Source: Camelus ferus | Taxonomy: Eukaryota | Length of the DNA: 64,000 nt | Reading direction: 5' to 3' | Assembly (NCBI RefSeq): GCF_009834535.1 | Contig: NC_045697.1 | Location: forward strand, 75,146,001 to 75,210,000 | In this document: piece by piece, positions 61,355 to 64,000 of the stretch | Numbering within the stretch: position 1 is the first letter of the stretch | Layout of the letters: every line of letters starts with the position of its first letter | Notes under the pieces: model-generated | Seen by the model: only the letters and a program-made list of their open reading frames with translations | What the model was told of the DNA's origin: nothing | Database searches by the model: none | Translations under genes and position numbers: made by a program

Positions 61355-64000
61355 CTTTTTCACTCTGATTCTTCCATTACCTTTTCTCCCTGTGCCCTGT
61401 ACATATTCAGCCCCCACGTTTTCCTTTTAGATCTGATCATCTTTGGTGAGAAAGACGAAAAAAATATGAAGTTGACATGTGACTCTGAAAACTTTTCATG
61501 TTGCATGAAAGAAAAATACACTTTTAGTATCATTACAATTTGCTGTTTACCCTCCAAAGAAAACAGAAAATAGGAACACCTCTAACTTCAAACTGAAAGT
61601 GCTTTTGAAGAATTCCACTGTAGCGATGTTTAATGCCTACATTACAGTTGGAGCCAGATAAAGCTATAAAACGAATTAGGATGTAACTGTCCCATTCTGA
61701 CACCATCATTATGCTTCAGAGAGAATCTGAATGAAGGTGATTTCAGAGTATCAAGCCATTTTTTAAGAGTCCAAGACTGATGAAAACAAAACAAAATGTC
61801 ACTTCCTGACTTGCTACACTCTTTCCCTGGAGCACTTTACTCCCTTCCTATTTAAACCCAGTCATCTTAATTGAAATACAATTCACTTGTTTCTGCTTCA
61901 TTTACATTCATTTCACCAAATTGTTTTGCAAGAAACATTTGATGTCTCACAAGTTTTATTCTCCCTTCCTCAAAAATAGGATATTCTTTCAACAGAAGTA
62001 AACATGTGCCATCTCACACATCGAATCTTCAAGGAATTCAGAGTTCACAGAATAACAACTTGATTCCATTCCTAAAAAAAATCATCTGTATGGTAAAAAG
62101 CAAGTTGTTTGCTAAAGTAGCAGTTCATTTATGCAGAAAATTGTGGAAGGCTCATCCTCATCTTTTCATTCTCAGTTGATGGGAAATGGAAAATATTGAA
62201 ATTGAAAATACATGAGATGGAAGATATTTGATGCTATTACAAAAGTAATATGCACAGTAGTTCTTTATTTGAATGGGACCACAGTAAAATTCTCACAATT
62301 TTTTCAGAGGGAAGAGAGAAAAAATATTAGAAGATATGTAGTTTTACTGTGTCTTAATGTATCTTCTAACTGGATTGAAATAGAAGTGATAAAGGCAGAA
62401 AAAGTGTGCAGGAATTTTTTTTTTTAATGGAAGGTTACTGTTAATGTGAACTTGTACTTGGAATGGAATGAATCCCAAACATATTAAGATAAATTTTGAC
62501 AAAAAGTAAACCTCAATAATTAAAATACAGGGTTATATGACACAGCTTCTAGTATGGTTATGGAACTCTGGCTCCAATAAACAGCCTTTATAAATGAATA
62601 AAATCAAGAATGGATGAGACAGGTTGACTGAAACAGGTTTTAGGGAAAGCCAGTGATATTTGAGGGCACACCTTGTCTTCCGAAATCAGTGTCCCCCAGG
62701 ATGGATCTAGTCAGCCATAAAGTTTCCCTGTGTGTAACCATTAGCAAGAAAAAAAACATAGAACTTGAGAAAATACGGATCTGATCCATTAATAGCAATT
62801 CTCGTGCTTTCAGCCTAACGCATTATTTTTCAGTAAGGAGCTTTAAACTCAAGTAGGAGGGCTCTGCAGCTTGCTACTGGGTTTTCCTACATTAACCCCT
62901 TTACCTTGTCTGGAAGTGGTATCACAGTAGGCGAGGGAGGGAGGGAGGGAGACAGACAAAGAAAAGCACATGGTTAAAGTAGTTAGAGAGGATCTTGAAG
63001 GAGTGATGACTTGTGGCAATTAACAGACCGCTGGAGGGAAATTACACACATTAATAAAAGTGCCATTCAGAAACTTTCCCAAAGGCTTTTGGCCTCCAAA
63101 GGCTGTTTCTAGTCCCATTTGATGATGATTTTGTGACAAACAAAAAGTATATTTGAGTACCTTAGTCTAAGTTTCTACTTAACAAAAGTAGTAATATGCT
63201 TCCCTGGTACTTATTTTATAAATGGATAAGAAGACTGACTTTATAAACCTGCTATGAAAATTATTAACAGTATATTTTTATGGCCCTTCATTTACTTGAT
63301 TTTAGGTGAACAGTATGAGGAACAGTGACAGTCTGTGTGGAAGACTGAAAGTCAAGTGAAAGAATTAGGGAGAGACCTTATATACACCTGTTCTGTACTA
63401 AAACGTTCCAGAACTGCATGAGAAATTCAGTTGCCTGAGCATCCAGGAACACTCGCCTTCGTGAAGAATCATTCATGACTTAGCCTCAGTCACACTTAGG
63501 AGATGAATTCATTTGAGACACCTAATAATAGCACATGATGGGTCATAAATTAAGAAAGTATGAGAGCGGTCCGTGATCAGGCCAAAAAAAGCAAAGAAGT
63601 TTTGCCCAACTCCCTTTCTAGGCTAAAAATACAGTGGTTCCCATAAATAGCAGTGCTACTTAGCATTACCACCATGCCATGGGCTAAAAAAAGAGTGAAC
63701 ACATTGGACACAGCTTGAAAATAATGTCTATCAGAAAAAAGCATTTCTTTTTTAGTATATAGGGTTTTTTTTTTTAAGCCCATTTACTATATGCAATTCT
63801 GGAATCATTATTTAAAATTTTAGCAGTGAAGTAAAGACAGGTTAAGTAATTTCGGCAAGTGAGTTGTATGTGCTCAGCCACAGAAAACTTGGGGATTCAG
63901 AGCTCTGCGCTGGCTTTCAGGCCTCCCTGTGAGATGTCACGACTCAGAGCATTTAATGACGATGGTTTAATGCACACACAGAGGAGGTGTTTGAATGACC

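Noticed and set aside
58852..64000. Searched for DKK2 exon 1 and promoter
   Set aside because: No signal-peptide exon or CpG island is visible; intron 1 continues beyond the window.

Overview
AT-rich, repeat-dense DNA from a placental mammal. The L1 3' ends and the lack of recognisable primate Alu, ruminant Bov-A/BovB or pig PRE-1 SINEs suggest a camelid-like cetartiodactyl; this is inference only. The only supportable protein-coding gene is DKK2 (Dickkopf-2) on the minus strand: coding exons 2 (58701-58851), 3 (57391-57546) and 4 (49841-50091), all with canonical GT/AG sites and consistent phases, plus a ~2 kb 3'UTR ending near an ATTAAA at 47840-47845. Exon 1 lies beyond the right edge. Positions 1-47800 are gene-poor downstream DNA full of L1, L2, MIR, MaLR/ERV LTR and hAT remnants, and nearly all ORFs in the supplied track are repeat-derived or spurious. 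I found no convincing new biological system. The most unusual structures are: (1) a 7.3 kb DKK2 intron 3 filled almost entirely by a block that starts with an L1 5' end and finishes with an L1 3' end but has non-L1 DNA in the middle; (2) an ungapped 143-bp inverted repeat (13 mismatches) around a 1.8 kb segment; (3) two same-family solo LTRs 367 bp apart in intron 1; (4) a tiny twin-primed L1 insertion; (5) a 43-bp x3 tandem repeat built from two palindromes; (6) an exact 24-bp direct repeat 2.09 kb apart. Repeat family names were recognised by eye and their boundaries are approximate.
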